From positions 1-37,731 of IMG/VR virus record IMGVR_UViG_3300020042_010726: 37,731 nt of DNA. The stretch is one strand, 5' to 3'. The position numbers and the translations under genes were made by a program. Every line of letters begins with the position of its first letter. Positions within the stretch are counted from its first letter, which is position 1. The DNA is from a virus. Its lineage: Duplodnaviria; Caudoviricetes. Under the pieces are notes generated by a model that saw only the letters and a program-made list of their open reading frames with translations, ran no database searches and was not told the DNA's origin. Shown in pieces: positions 1 to 8,194 of the stretch.

Positions 1-121
1 TAGAGTGAATTGGAGGAAAAAAAAATGACATTTGACCAGTGGCAATATGTCCTAGCAGGATTCGCCTACACAGTGCTTTGTTTTTCCTTGGGCTTTGTCG
101 TGGGTGTCAAATCATTAAGCA
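1..121. repeat. Terminal direct repeat, copy 1 (circular assembly overlap)
   Basis: Identical to 37611-37731. It starts within the last bases of one ORF and ends inside another, as expected for a k-mer overlap. Confidence 0.95.
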
Positions 122-138
122 GAATGCTGGGGCTATAA
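25..138 (+). CDS. 37-aa single-TM membrane peptide (not in ORF track)
   Basis: GGAGG at 12-16, ATG at 25, TAA at 136-138. Translation MTFDQWQYVLAGFAYTVLCFSLGFVVGVKSLSRMLGL. Confidence 0.7.
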   Translation: MTFDQWQYVLAGFAYTVLCFSLGFVVGVKSLSRMLGL

Positions 139-215
139 GTACCTGTAAACACTTACCCCCATAGTTGGCATGGGGTTTGCTTAGTATAGGATATCCCGCA
201 ATTAAGCGGGGGTGA

Positions 216-455
216 ATGAGGCTAGACATGACTCTCCAAGAACGTAAAAGTGTTATTGAACGAATCGCATCCTTTCGCAAGGAGGTCGCTTGCGCTATGT
301 GGGATCTCGGTGACGAGCTAAATGACTTTGCTGACGACGATGCCGAGCGCAAGCGTTTACACACTTTGATGCTCGCAGCGAATCGTCAGGCTGAGGGTCT
401 GGACGCGCTTCTGTTTCAACTCGCCGAAAAACTTGCAAAGAAGGCTCCTGTATGA
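216..455 (+). CDS. Hypothetical helical protein, 79 aa
   Basis: GGGGGTG SD; ATGA overlap with the next gene. Confidence 0.75.
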   Translation: MRLDMTLQERKSVIERIASFRKEVACAMWDLGDELNDFADDDAERKRLHTLMLAANRQAEGLDALLFQLAEKLAKKAPV

Positions 456-820
456 AAAAGAAAACCACAAAAAGAAAAGAAAACGACAATATCCACCGTA
501 AATTCACTCTATCTATGAGTAAAAACGAAGCGGAAAAGCTTTGGCATACAGGATGCGTATCTTTTTTGACCACGCATTTAACTAGGTTTTTTACGATAGA
601 CGAGAGTGATATAGGGCCAATCGCAAAAAAAGAATCGAAAAAAGCTCATTTTATGTATTTTTGTAATTCTTTTTTGGAAGCTAAAATTCTTTGTACTTGG
701 TTGGGTAAAGACTCTGTAATCCTTTGGGATGAGCATAAAAACGAATATTTAGTCCACTCGCCCAAAGCATGGAGGGGCCTTGAATGGTTTTCAAAACCCT
801 GTCAGGAGCCTTCTGTTTAG
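452..820 (+). CDS. Hypothetical protein, 122 aa
   Basis: Coupled to the upstream gene; AT-rich; converges on 817..1131. Confidence 0.7.
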   Translation: MKKKTTKRKENDNIHRKFTLSMSKNEAEKLWHTGCVSFLTTHLTRFFTIDESDIGPIAKKESKKAHFMYFCNSFLEAKILCTWLGKDSVILWDEHKNEYLVHSPKAWRGLEWFSKPCQEPSV

Positions 821-1131
821 CTCAAAAACCCCGCCCTATCGAGTAGATCTATCAAGTCCTCGTTATCTACATCAATCTCGGCATACGTCCCAGCATCGTC
901 CGAATCACCCCAATACAATGTCAGGGTGATCCGGTGAGCGGTCGCCAGCATGTTGTCGATCCTCCTCGCCAAAAAGATTTTTTTTGACGGCTCGAATTTC
1001 TCGATATCTAGCTCCATGCCGATGGTCTGGCGAGTCCAAATGTTAAAGCCTAGGTCGATGTCAAACACTGCCTGGTCGTAAGTCGCCATTGCAACAAATC
1101 TCGCGGGATAACTCGATGTCCATGCTCGCAT
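817..1131 (-). CDS. Hypothetical protein, 104 aa
   Basis: AGGAG SD upstream; last gene of the inverted operon. Confidence 0.75.
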   Translation of the reverse strand: MRAWTSSYPARFVAMATYDQAVFDIDLGFNIWTRQTIGMELDIEKFEPSKKIFLARRIDNMLATAHRITLTLYWGDSDDAGTYAEIDVDNEDLIDLLDRAGFLS

Positions 1132-1141
1132 ATCGAAACTC

Positions 1142-1348
1142 CTAGCAAGTGACGGGTAAACCGCTGGGCGAAAAATGAGGAGCTAGGGACTTGGAGTTAG
1201 GAAGGAAAAGGTATTCAGTGCCGGATTTTGAGCAAAAATATTGGACACTCCCTACAAACGGGACGTAGTAAGTATTCGTTATGCTTACATAGGCGAGCCA
1301 CCCCGCGAAAAGCGCAATGGCTGTGACGACGACCAGGACATAGTTCAT
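1142..1348 (-). CDS. 68-aa protein with N-terminal TM anchor
   Basis: Start moved to MNYVLVVVTAIALFAGWLAYV; ATGA overlap with 1345..1488. Confidence 0.7.
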   Translation of the reverse strand: MNYVLVVVTAIALFAGWLAYVSITNTYYVPFVGSVQYFCSKSGTEYLFLPNSKSLAPHFSPSGLPVTC

Positions 1349-1488
1349 TTTTTTGCAAGGGTGTCGTTGGCGAGTTGTTTGGACTCTGCCCAACCGTGTA
1401 ACATCACCACGGGTTTGGTGATAATTTTTAGAACTATGCAGCATGCGCCTAAAATAAAAAGTCCGAAAAGCTTGATGTCAGCAATCAT
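1345..1488 (-). CDS. 47-aa membrane peptide (not in ORF track)
   Basis: AAGGGA SD. Translation MIADIKLFGLFILGACCIVLKIITKPVVMLHGWAESKQLANDTLAKK; its TGA overlaps the next ATG. Confidence 0.65.
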   Translation of the reverse strand: MIADIKLFGLFILGACCIVLKIITKPVVMLHGWAESKQLANDTLAKK

Positions 1489-1502
1489 GAGTAATCCCTT
1501 TT

Positions 1503-1796
1503 TTAGTCGTTTATTGATCCCACAAGTTTAACATCAATCTCGACGGTCTGACCCTCAAAATTTCGGTAAAGAGCCTCGGAAAAGTCGTCTCTCAATACCA
1601 GCCGCAGCACTTTGGGACTGCGATAAGTGTGAAAAACGATGATCCCGAAGCCTACGAGCTCGCCTTGGAGCCACTCGACGCGGTCGTAACGATCGAAAAG
1701 TCCCAGCCGAAAAAGTGCCGGTCCGAATCGCTTTAACCTGACGGTTTGCGGTTTTTGAAAAGGCAATTTTAGTTGGATAAGACTTTCGATCATCAT
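1503..1796 (-). CDS. Hypothetical protein, ~97 aa
   Basis: Start moved to MMIESL, just after the CAP gene stop. Confidence 0.65.
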   Translation of the reverse strand: MMIESLIQLKLPFQKPQTVRLKRFGPALFRLGLFDRYDRVEWLQGELVGFGIIVFHTYRSPKVLRLVLRDDFSEALYRNFEGQTVEIDVKLVGSIND

Positions 1797-1801
1797 AGCT
1801 T

Positions 1802-2287
1802 TTAGTAGCCGAAGACTACAGACCACTGTTCGCCTACGGCAGTACCCCCCATACGTTTTATTTTTGGATTCATAATCATTTTAAAGTGATTCTCACTTTT
1901 TAGCCAGTCCGCTACTACATCGAGATAAGTAGCATACCCGCACCCGATCACTTCCCCAGCGAAGCCTTTACCACCGCACCAAGCGACCCGCATAGCGGTC
2001 GTGCTTCCAGCCTGTCCAGTGTGACCGCAGTAAGGAGGGATCCTTTCGAGCCATGCCGCCTGAATGCTTCCAGCGCATGTCAGGTGGTCGTCGATCGCGA
2101 GCGGGGGGAGATCCGCAGCATGTCGGATAAAGTTAATGTGACTCGCAAGTGCATACGCCTCGCCTGTGGACACTGCCTCGATTGGATCCGCTGGAATTGG
2201 CGCTGGGGGAGGCATTTCCTGGGGTCCCTGAGCCAATGCGATCGTGCTGACCATAACCAAAAACACGCGAATTAAAACATCATACAT
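1802..2287 (-). CDS. Secreted CAP (SCP/PR-1/antigen 5) domain protein
   Basis: Signal peptide ending ALA|Q, Pro-rich linker, and CAP motifs INxIR...LPPL, GHTG, GEVI, WLKSENH...IMNP. GGAGG SD. Confidence 0.85.
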   Translation of the reverse strand: MYDVLIRVFLVMVSTIALAQGPQEMPPPAPIPADPIEAVSTGEAYALASHINFIRHAADLPPLAIDDHLTCAGSIQAAWLERIPPYCGHTGQAGSTTAMRVAWCGGKGFAGEVIGCGYATYLDVVADWLKSENHFKMIMNPKIKRMGGTAVGEQWSVVFGY

Positions 2288-2520
2288 ATAAGCCTGTCCT
2301 CCGTCTCATAGATGTCGCGCAAATTGTTTTTGCGCAAAAAATTAACAATGTCCAAATTATCTAGGACATTATAACCGCAAATAAAGAGAATATCACCTTT
2401 ATGTCGGGGGTTTTCCGCGATGATCATATAGTCCGCGACACTGACGGCTACGATTAACGAAAAGACAAGTATACACAGTAACCCTAGTAAATAACGTGCC
2501 ATTGACTTTTGTAATTCCAT
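2272..2520 (-). CDS. Possible membrane protein, ~82 aa
   Basis: Hydrophobic stretch YLLGLLCILVFSLIVAVSVA; overlaps the CAP start; no clear SD and the start is uncertain. Confidence 0.45.
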   Translation of the reverse strand: MELQKSMARYLLGLLCILVFSLIVAVSVADYMIIAENPRHKGDILFICGYNVLDNLDIVNFLRKNNLRDIYETEDRLICMMF

Positions 2521-2530
2521 GCTGTAATAC
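2502..2530 (+). promoter_or_regulatory. Candidate sigma70-type promoter for gp157/ERF genes
   Basis: TTGACT at 2502-2507 and TG-c-TGTAAT at 2520-2528, upstream of GGAGG and ATG 2550. Spacing is imperfect. Confidence 0.35.
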
Positions 2531-2549
2531 ACTCGTTTTGGAGGGTTGA

Positions 2550-3056
2550 ATGAGATTAAGCGAGTTACTTCAAACGCTAAGAGAATCCGAGGACGCCTTA
2601 ACAGGTGACTGGGACCTAGCTACATTGATCGGTGATATAAAGGACAAGATTGATGATACCAAATTCATTCACGACAAGCTAAAAAGCGAATTGGTTTGGT
2701 ATGACAAGCAAATCGACGAGTTGAAAAAGAGAAGGACCGCGATTGCAAATAACAAAAAGCGCCTAGAAGAATACCTAAATTGGAACCTGACACAAACTGA
2801 CATGACGGAGTGTCCTGGTAATCTCTGGCGTTTGAAATTGCAAAAGAATCCCGTGAAAATAGAGGCAAAACGCGAACCTGACGTAGATGATTACATGTCC
2901 TATGATAGCCTCGTCGAAAGGAAAGTCTCGTATTCGTGGAAGCTTACCAGAATAAAAGAGTTGATTGCGATTCAAAGACTCCCTGAGAGTCTCTCACAAG
3001 ATCTAGTCCCCATCACAGACACCCACGTCCGTTTTTATGCAAAGCAAGAGGATTAA
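2550..3056 (+). CDS. Siphovirus gp157-like coiled-coil protein
   Basis: KID...IDELKKRRTAIANNKKRLEEYL...LKLQKNP pattern; usual neighbour of ERF. Confidence 0.75.
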   Translation: MRLSELLQTLRESEDALTGDWDLATLIGDIKDKIDDTKFIHDKLKSELVWYDKQIDELKKRRTAIANNKKRLEEYLNWNLTQTDMTECPGNLWRLKLQKNPVKIEAKREPDVDDYMSYDSLVERKVSYSWKLTRIKELIAIQRLPESLSQDLVPITDTHVRFYAKQED

Positions 3057-3059
3057 AAC

Positions 3060-3704
3060 GTGAAAACCTCCGACAAAATCGACCAAATTGCGATGGCCTT
3101 ATCAAAAGCGCAAGCCGCTATGGGTCCCGCTTTAAAAGATTCGGTAAACCCCCACTACAAATCAACCTACGCAAACCTGGCAAGCGCTTGGGCTGCAGCA
3201 CAAGGTCCCATTACCGCTAACGGCCTGTCCTATGTCCAAACCTTTGAGCCTAGGGAGGATCGAGGGATCGCAATTGAGACCACTCTCATGCATATTTCTG
3301 GCCAGTTCATCCAGTCCACCCTCGTCCTTTACCCCACCGACTCCAAACCCCAGTCGGCAGGATCCGCAATTACCTATGGGCGTCGCTACGCTCTCATGGC
3401 GATCCTTGGCCTAGTCCCTGACGACGACGACGATGGTAATCAGGCTTCGGGGATCCCTCCTGCAGGGTCTAAGAAAAACCCTCCCGCTCCATTCCCCCCA
3501 GCGGCAGCGGCAGTCGAGTTGTTTGACAAAAGTAACCCTGATCACCTAGAAGTCTTTTACGAATCGCTCCGAAGAGTTTTCCCTGAAATACCAAAGACTC
3601 TTTACAAAAGCTTGACCGAGGCTTGTCACGGCCTTAAAGCAGATAACGAAGTCCTATTCGTGAAGGTCGAGAGTGTCCTGAAAAATTATAAATCTCCTCG
3701 GTAG
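3060..3704 (+). CDS. erf: ERF family single-strand annealing protein
   Basis: NPHYKSTYANL, TTLMHISGQ and PQSAGSAITYGRRYAL...DDDDGN signatures. Confidence 0.93.
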   Translation: MKTSDKIDQIAMALSKAQAAMGPALKDSVNPHYKSTYANLASAWAAAQGPITANGLSYVQTFEPREDRGIAIETTLMHISGQFIQSTLVLYPTDSKPQSAGSAITYGRRYALMAILGLVPDDDDDGNQASGIPPAGSKKNPPAPFPPAAAAVELFDKSNPDHLEVFYESLRRVFPEIPKTLYKSLTEACHGLKADNEVLFVKVESVLKNYKSPR

Positions 3705-3708
3705 ATCT

Positions 3709-3766
3709 CAAAAAAAAGGGCGGGTATAATGGGGTCTTATACACTCATTATTTCAACCCTTTTTTG
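3709..3766. promoter_or_regulatory. Long imperfect inverted repeat enclosing TATAAT (terminator and/or operator-promoter)
   Basis: A8GGG...ATAATG...CATTAT...CCCT6; TATAAT at 3725-3730. Confidence 0.5.
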
Positions 3767-3817
3767 TGGGATAACTGCAAATGATAACCCCTCGTAAACC
3801 CAAAAAAGGTGCAAAAC

Positions 3818-3991
3818 ATGGTAAATCAGTACACAAAAGCAAATCCAAAACTTCGTCCCACCCTGAGCATGTCGGTCCGCGTGACCAAAAGCCAGCGCAG
3901 CTGGCTGAATGCCAAGTTGAAGGCGAGCCGAGGCACCAAAACCTTCAGCGAATTGATTCGCGATTTGATCGAGGACGCGAGAAAAAGATAG
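3818..3991 (+). CDS. Ribbon-helix-helix (CopG/Arc-like) DNA-binding protein, 57 aa
   Basis: Alternating strand SMSVRV, then a helix, then TFSELIRDLI. AAGGTG SD. Confidence 0.75.
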   Translation: MVNQYTKANPKLRPTLSMSVRVTKSQRSWLNAKLKASRGTKTFSELIRDLIEDARKR

Positions 3992-3996
3992 ACAAA

Positions 3997-4188
3997 ATGG
4001 AGCTCGCCCGAAATTTCTACTGGTGCGACGCTCACGACTTCCATAGAATGCAAGTGCCTATTCGAGACATACTAGCTTTCGTCAATTCTGATTACGGGGG
4101 TGACACCTTAGAGGATGTCACCCATTTTCTTTTGCGGATCAAAAGCGCCCAGAGACATGCCAGGGCCTACCTCAACTCACGCTTCTAG
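3997..4188 (+). CDS. Hypothetical protein, 63 aa
   Basis: 3' part of ORF 3781..4188, starting MELARN 6 nt after the RHH stop. Confidence 0.55.
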   Translation: MELARNFYWCDAHDFHRMQVPIRDILAFVNSDYGGDTLEDVTHFLLRIKSAQRHARAYLNSRF

Positions 4189-4611
4189 AGTCTGCCAAAA
4201 GGCAAGGACCCCGTTTTTATCGACAATCTCTTTTGCCTTTTTGATCAAAGGTAGCTTTTTCCATTGGTAATGCGGCCCGTCAGCATCCCCACCCCATGTC
4301 AGGTTGTAAGGTGCGAAGTAATGGCTGATCAATTGAGGACTAAAGTCCCACGACCAAATCCCCCTTTTTTTGAGCGCGATGTCCGCAGCAACACCGAATT
4401 GGTGCCAAGACTCCCATCCCTTTGCATGAGTGACGATCCTGCCGTTGGTCGAGCGCCCTTGGGCGTAGAGGGCGTCCTGACGCTCGGCAGTCCGGAATGT
4501 CTCAAAGATATGGACTTCGTGACCTGCGTCCCGACAAGCCATAATGCCCTTTTGCATTTCTGCTAAAAATGGTGGGTAAATCAAATTAGAAGAACGACAA
4601 ACGGATGTCAT
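4177..4611 (-). CDS. M15-family (L-Ala-D-Glu peptidase-like) endolysin, 144 aa
   Basis: ETFRTAERQDALYAQGR, SWHQFGVAADI, WGG...DGPHYQ. GGAG SD before MTSVCR. Confidence 0.92.
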   Translation of the reverse strand: MTSVCRSSNLIYPPFLAEMQKGIMACRDAGHEVHIFETFRTAERQDALYAQGRSTNGRIVTHAKGWESWHQFGVAADIALKKRGIWSWDFSPQLISHYFAPYNLTWGGDADGPHYQWKKLPLIKKAKEIVDKNGVLAFWQTLEA

Positions 4612-5086
4612 TTGTTGCGAATTTCTCCAGTATGTATTTCTCAAGAGATTTAAGAGACGACATACTATCAGTATCGCCCATAATCGCCAGTGTTGCAAAT
4701 TCAGTACAAATATAGTGATTTTTGTTTTGCCAGCGGTTTACCGGAGGTAGTCGAATACCCAGCTTTTTACCGAGTAAAAATAGGCCAAGATATATAAGCG
4801 CAAAATAGTCATAGGGTGCCCCTTCATATTTTTCGATCATTTTCCACAGTATAAACGACTCAGAAAACTCGTCATTAACGGGAATTTCATAGACTCTTTT
4901 TATGTCGTAATCTTTAAGAAAAGCCTTTTTTGTGGTGATATTTACGCCCTTACTCGTGGAGTGGAATATCAGGTTACGGTCTAAGAGCCGCCAGCTTGCG
5001 AGGGCGACATGGCTAACATCGGTGTCGTCTATGGAGGCTATCAGGTTGGCGGTCCAAGACTTCCCTCTGCAGAATAGGACTTCCAT
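4586..5086 (-). CDS. Permuted papain-like amidase (YiiX/YaeF, C92-like)
   Basis: N-terminal SHVAL, GAPYDY and C-terminal YICTEF give the permuted His-then-Cys order. TAATG overlap with the upstream gene. Confidence 0.8.
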   Translation of the reverse strand: MEVLFCRGKSWTANLIASIDDTDVSHVALASWRLLDRNLIFHSTSKGVNITTKKAFLKDYDIKRVYEIPVNDEFSESFILWKMIEKYEGAPYDYFALIYLGLFLLGKKLGIRLPPVNRWQNKNHYICTEFATLAIMGDTDSMSSLKSLEKYILEKFATNDIRLSFF

Positions 5087-5493
5087 TACCAAAGCACTTT
5101 ATGTAGGCCAAAATTCCCAGCCACAAAAGTCGGTGCGGTCGCATTCGTGCTGACATAGGAGGCTCGCAGGATCAGACCCGCGACCAATTTTGCAGGGTAG
5201 GCGATTTGATAAAAGGACCTAAAACTAGTGATTCCCATATACCACCTAGGGACAAAGGTATTTAAAACCGTCCCGCTGGGGTGAACCACTGACAGGACCA
5301 TATAGTCCCCGTTTTGCGGATCATTCACGATCAATTCAATACTAGTCACGATCATGTCGTCAGCAAATGTCAGGTCTAGGTTGGTCGTAGCTAAAGGGGT
5401 GATTGCTCCGGTGATCCCATAGCCGTTGTAATTGACAATCGCAGAGTTTAACTCCTCGACTTTTGTTGGCTGGAAAAGTGTCCCTGTAGGCAT
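5086..5493 (-). CDS. Putative virion structural protein (beta-rich), 135 aa
   Basis: Thr/Val-rich; in the structural cluster; AGGA SD. Confidence 0.6.
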   Translation of the reverse strand: MPTGTLFQPTKVEELNSAIVNYNGYGITGAITPLATTNLDLTFADDMIVTSIELIVNDPQNGDYMVLSVVHPSGTVLNTFVPRWYMGITSFRSFYQIAYPAKLVAGLILRASYVSTNATAPTFVAGNFGLHKVLW

Positions 5494-6099
5494 TTAATCC
5501 TCGGTCCAAATAACGGTTGCTCGCGCAGAGTTACCAGCAAAAGTGACGGCAGACATGTTGACAGCAAAGAGTTGGCTTGTCCCGCGTAGTATAATGGGCT
5601 GCGCAATAGGATTTTCGATAAGATAGCTAAATGGTATAGATCCGATAGTTCCACCGCCTGAGACATACACACCGAAGGTAAACATATTTCCTATTAAAGT
5701 TCCAAGAGCCGAGGGGTTGGCCGTGTAGGACCTGACTACAGCTGTTCCCGCGGCATTGTTTGTGTCATGAGGCACGTTTGAGAGCAAAGTGGACGTGCCG
5801 CCCGTATTCAGAGAGGAACGCCTTAATCCGATGATTGTGGCGTTACTACCCGTCGTCGCGGTTAAGTAAAAGAGCACACGATAAATTCTGATGGTTTTTG
5901 TGGACGATCCACTGATGGTGAAAACATCAGTAGCCGAGGCAGGAATGACAAACACGTTGCTTGCGCTGTAGGTAGCTACAGTCCCAGACACGACCGCAGA
6001 GGCTACACGCAATCGATCAGAGTCGTTACCGATAACAGTCCCATCGGTCCCCCCGCTGATTTGCATCGTGCTGTCTAGATCCCCGCCTGAGTTACTCAA
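5494..6099 (-). CDS. Putative virion structural/tail-associated protein, 201 aa
   Basis: S/T/G-rich beta composition; TTG start with GGAGG SD. Confidence 0.65.
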   Translation of the reverse strand: MSNSGGDLDSTMQISGGTDGTVIGNDSDRLRVASAVVSGTVATYSASNVFVIPASATDVFTISGSSTKTIRIYRVLFYLTATTGSNATIIGLRRSSLNTGGTSTLLSNVPHDTNNAAGTAVVRSYTANPSALGTLIGNMFTFGVYVSGGGTIGSIPFSYLIENPIAQPIILRGTSQLFAVNMSAVTFAGNSARATVIWTED

Positions 6100-6331
6100 C
6101 GCCCCCTCCAGGGTGTATGGCTTTTACCGTAAAACCCTCGTCTTTAGGCTCTTGGCTCTTGGCATAAACCTGGGCCATACTTTGAGCGAGCTCTTGAAGC
6201 CAGCGGACACCGTCAGCAAATGCCATGATTTGCACAAGACCCGCTTCGGGTAGTTTTGCTAACCGAAGCGCGTTTACAAAATTCGCAAGTGCGAGACAGT
6301 CTTCTTTAGTTACGTTTGGAAATTCTTTCAC
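6092..6331 (-). CDS. Small helical protein, possible assembly chaperone, 79 aa
   Basis: Fills the gap between genes and overlaps its neighbour; function inferred from position only. Confidence 0.55.
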   Translation of the reverse strand: MKEFPNVTKEDCLALANFVNALRLAKLPEAGLVQIMAFADGVRWLQELAQSMAQVYAKSQEPKDEGFTVKAIHPGGGVE

Positions 6332-6335
6332 TTTA

Positions 6336-7085
6336 TTAGCTCATTTCTAAAACGGCCACGTCTTTCCCAGCTGCGTCAGCAATCCCGTACACAGCGACCG
6401 AAGGGCCTACGTCAAAGTTTACAAATCCACCGTTACCTAATTTAATACCTCGGGTAGCTCCCGTGCTCGTCACCGTTGCGCTACCGACATAGAGTTGTCC
6501 ACCGGACAACATTTGAACCATAAGAGACTTGCGGTTGGCTAAACTTGCAGCGGGAAGTTGTACTGCGGTCGTACCTACAGTGATAACTTGTTGCAGGATT
6601 GCAGTCTCAGACTTGTTAATGACGCGAATTTCGCCCATTGCGTTGGTTTGGAACCATGCTGCGTCCCCGTCAGCACTGACTTGGGATCCTGCAGTGTCAG
6701 CGCGAACGGCACCGATCATGGCAAGAATCTGGCCACTAGCCGCTGCGCTGTCCTCAGCTAGGGTAAAATCTTGGGTTGTAGGCAGGGAAGCCGCTGTCCA
6801 CAATTTGCCGGTTGAGTCTACAGAAAGACCGCTGTAGTCACCGTCAGCACTAACGAGGGAAGTCCCCGCATCATTTCGAATGGCCAAAGCTAGACCACCG
6901 AAGTCTCCAGTCGTATGAGGGCTGTCCTCCAAATAGGTCGTCACGGGATAAACATCAAGCTTACCACTCTGGGAAGTTAACAGTGTTCCAACCGAATCGA
7001 CTAAGTAACTGGCGATGTTGTCGCCCGTCGCAATCGAGCCAGTGTTTGCTGAGATTTGAGTCTTACCGCCAGCTACAATACCCAT
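6336..7085 (-). CDS. Putative tail fibre/spike-like protein with internal duplication, 249 aa
   Basis: Two EDS...A[IV]R...VSADGD repeats and a C-terminal beta-sandwich. AGGGG SD. Confidence 0.65.
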   Translation of the reverse strand: MGIVAGGKTQISANTGSIATGDNIASYLVDSVGTLLTSQSGKLDVYPVTTYLEDSPHTTGDFGGLALAIRNDAGTSLVSADGDYSGLSVDSTGKLWTAASLPTTQDFTLAEDSAAASGQILAMIGAVRADTAGSQVSADGDAAWFQTNAMGEIRVINKSETAILQQVITVGTTAVQLPAASLANRKSLMVQMLSGGQLYVGSATVTSTGATRGIKLGNGGFVNFDVGPSVAVYGIADAAGKDVAVLEMS

Positions 7086-7100
7086 AAAAAAACCCCTTTT

Positions 7101-7436
7101 TTAAGAAATTTCCTCGACTGTTACAGTGACGGTCCCTGAGCCAGGAGCCGCTCGCGCATAAATTGGAATTGCATCTGTTATATCATAGTAGCGTTCGCCT
7201 TCGATGCCCATTTTTACGCCTACGTAACCAATCGTGCTGGGGTCATAATTTAGCTTTATTTCAACTGCCGAGGAATTTTGAATACCAATTGCATTTCTTT
7301 GGTCTAATGCGACTGCGGGAAGGGGGGTCCATGAAGCATCATCAATCGTGACGATTGAGACCCTCCCTCCAATGCTTAACCCTGACACCTTGAGGGTCCC
7401 AGTGATCACGTTGCCTTGGATGATGCATTCGGTCAT
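7101..7436 (-). CDS. Small beta-sandwich virion protein, 111 aa
   Basis: Resembles the C-terminal domain of 6336..7085; ATGA overlap. Confidence 0.6.
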   Translation of the reverse strand: MTECIIQGNVITGTLKVSGLSIGGRVSIVTIDDASWTPLPAVALDQRNAIGIQNSSAVEIKLNYDPSTIGYVGVKMGIEGERYYDITDAIPIYARAAPGSGTVTVTVEEIS

Positions 7437-7810
7437 GGGTTGTTTGCCCTACGTCTTTTGGCAAAAGACAAAATTTTAATTGTCCCTGTGTTACATCCCC
7501 GATGCTCAAGACGGACCCTTTGGTAGATCCAACCAACCGCGTCGTAGGTGTACATGAGACACCCGTTGACTTCCTTTATCTGCTTGACCGAAGTCTCTGG
7601 GAAAACGTTGCACCAATTCAGGTTGTCGAGAGATCCCTCGACCCAAACTCTGGCTGAATTTAATGTCAGGCTGTTGGCTCCAGACCAAATTGCCTGGACG
7701 CACACTATGTCGAAAGTCCGCACGTCGTGAGGCTCAGATTCATAGTCCGCTGCGAGAGACTCGCCGTCCGCAAGGCTGACGAGTTGGTAATTATCTACTA
7801 CAAACGCCAT
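7433..7810 (-). CDS. Small jelly-roll-like virion protein, 125 aa
   Basis: VEGSLDNLNW...YQRV motif; resembles 8657..8998. Confidence 0.6.
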   Translation of the reverse strand: MAFVVDNYQLVSLADGESLAADYESEPHDVRTFDIVCVQAIWSGANSLTLNSARVWVEGSLDNLNWCNVFPETSVKQIKEVNGCLMYTYDAVGWIYQRVRLEHRGCNTGTIKILSFAKRRRANNP

Positions 7811-7813
7811 TAA

Positions 7814-8194
7814 CTACCTGAGATTTAGCCAGTTTATTAGGTAAATCAAACTAGCAAAAAAGCCAGAGTTAAGGAAGCAAATAATGGCTATGGGCTTCCA
7901 AGGGTAGACATTGGTGATCTCGATGGTCTGCGGAAAATCATCATAGGGCGCTACATGGACATGGTTGTCCACTGTAACGGAAGGCGCACTGACCTTGACC
8001 TCAACGGGTGTCGGATCTAGCGCGGGTAGGGTAGGAGCGAAGGTTGGCGAAAAAGTAGGGTTGAAGAATATATCTGCGGGTTTTGGTTGGTCCCCCGCAG
8101 ACTTCAATTGAATTTCAGAAGGAAAGGTAATTTGTGGCGACATATTGGCCTGTCGCCCGACTGAGGAATAGGTCAGCTGTATCTCATCGCCCAT
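7814..8194 (-). CDS. Pro-rich protein with C-terminal TM helix, 126 aa
   Basis: PTF repeats; hydrophobic IAIICFLNSGFFASLIYLI. Confidence 0.6.
   Translation of the reverse strand: MGDEIQLTYSSVGRQANMSPQITFPSEIQLKSAGDQPKPADIFFNPTFSPTFAPTLPALDPTPVEVKVSAPSVTVDNHVHVAPYDDFPQTIEITNVYPWKPIAIICFLNSGFFASLIYLINWLNLR

Noticed and set aside
1-121. Biological terminal repeat (T7-like DTR)
   Set aside because: The 121-bp length matches a common assembler k-mer and the repeat cuts through genes; it is more likely a circular overlap.
2317-2335. GCGCAAA-TTGTT-TTTGCGC palindrome containing part of the leader motif
   Set aside because: It is short, probably lies within a coding region and lacks the GGGG part of the motif.
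3781-4188. Single 135-aa gene
   Set aside because: Its 5' part overlaps the better-supported RHH frame; only 3997..4188 was kept.
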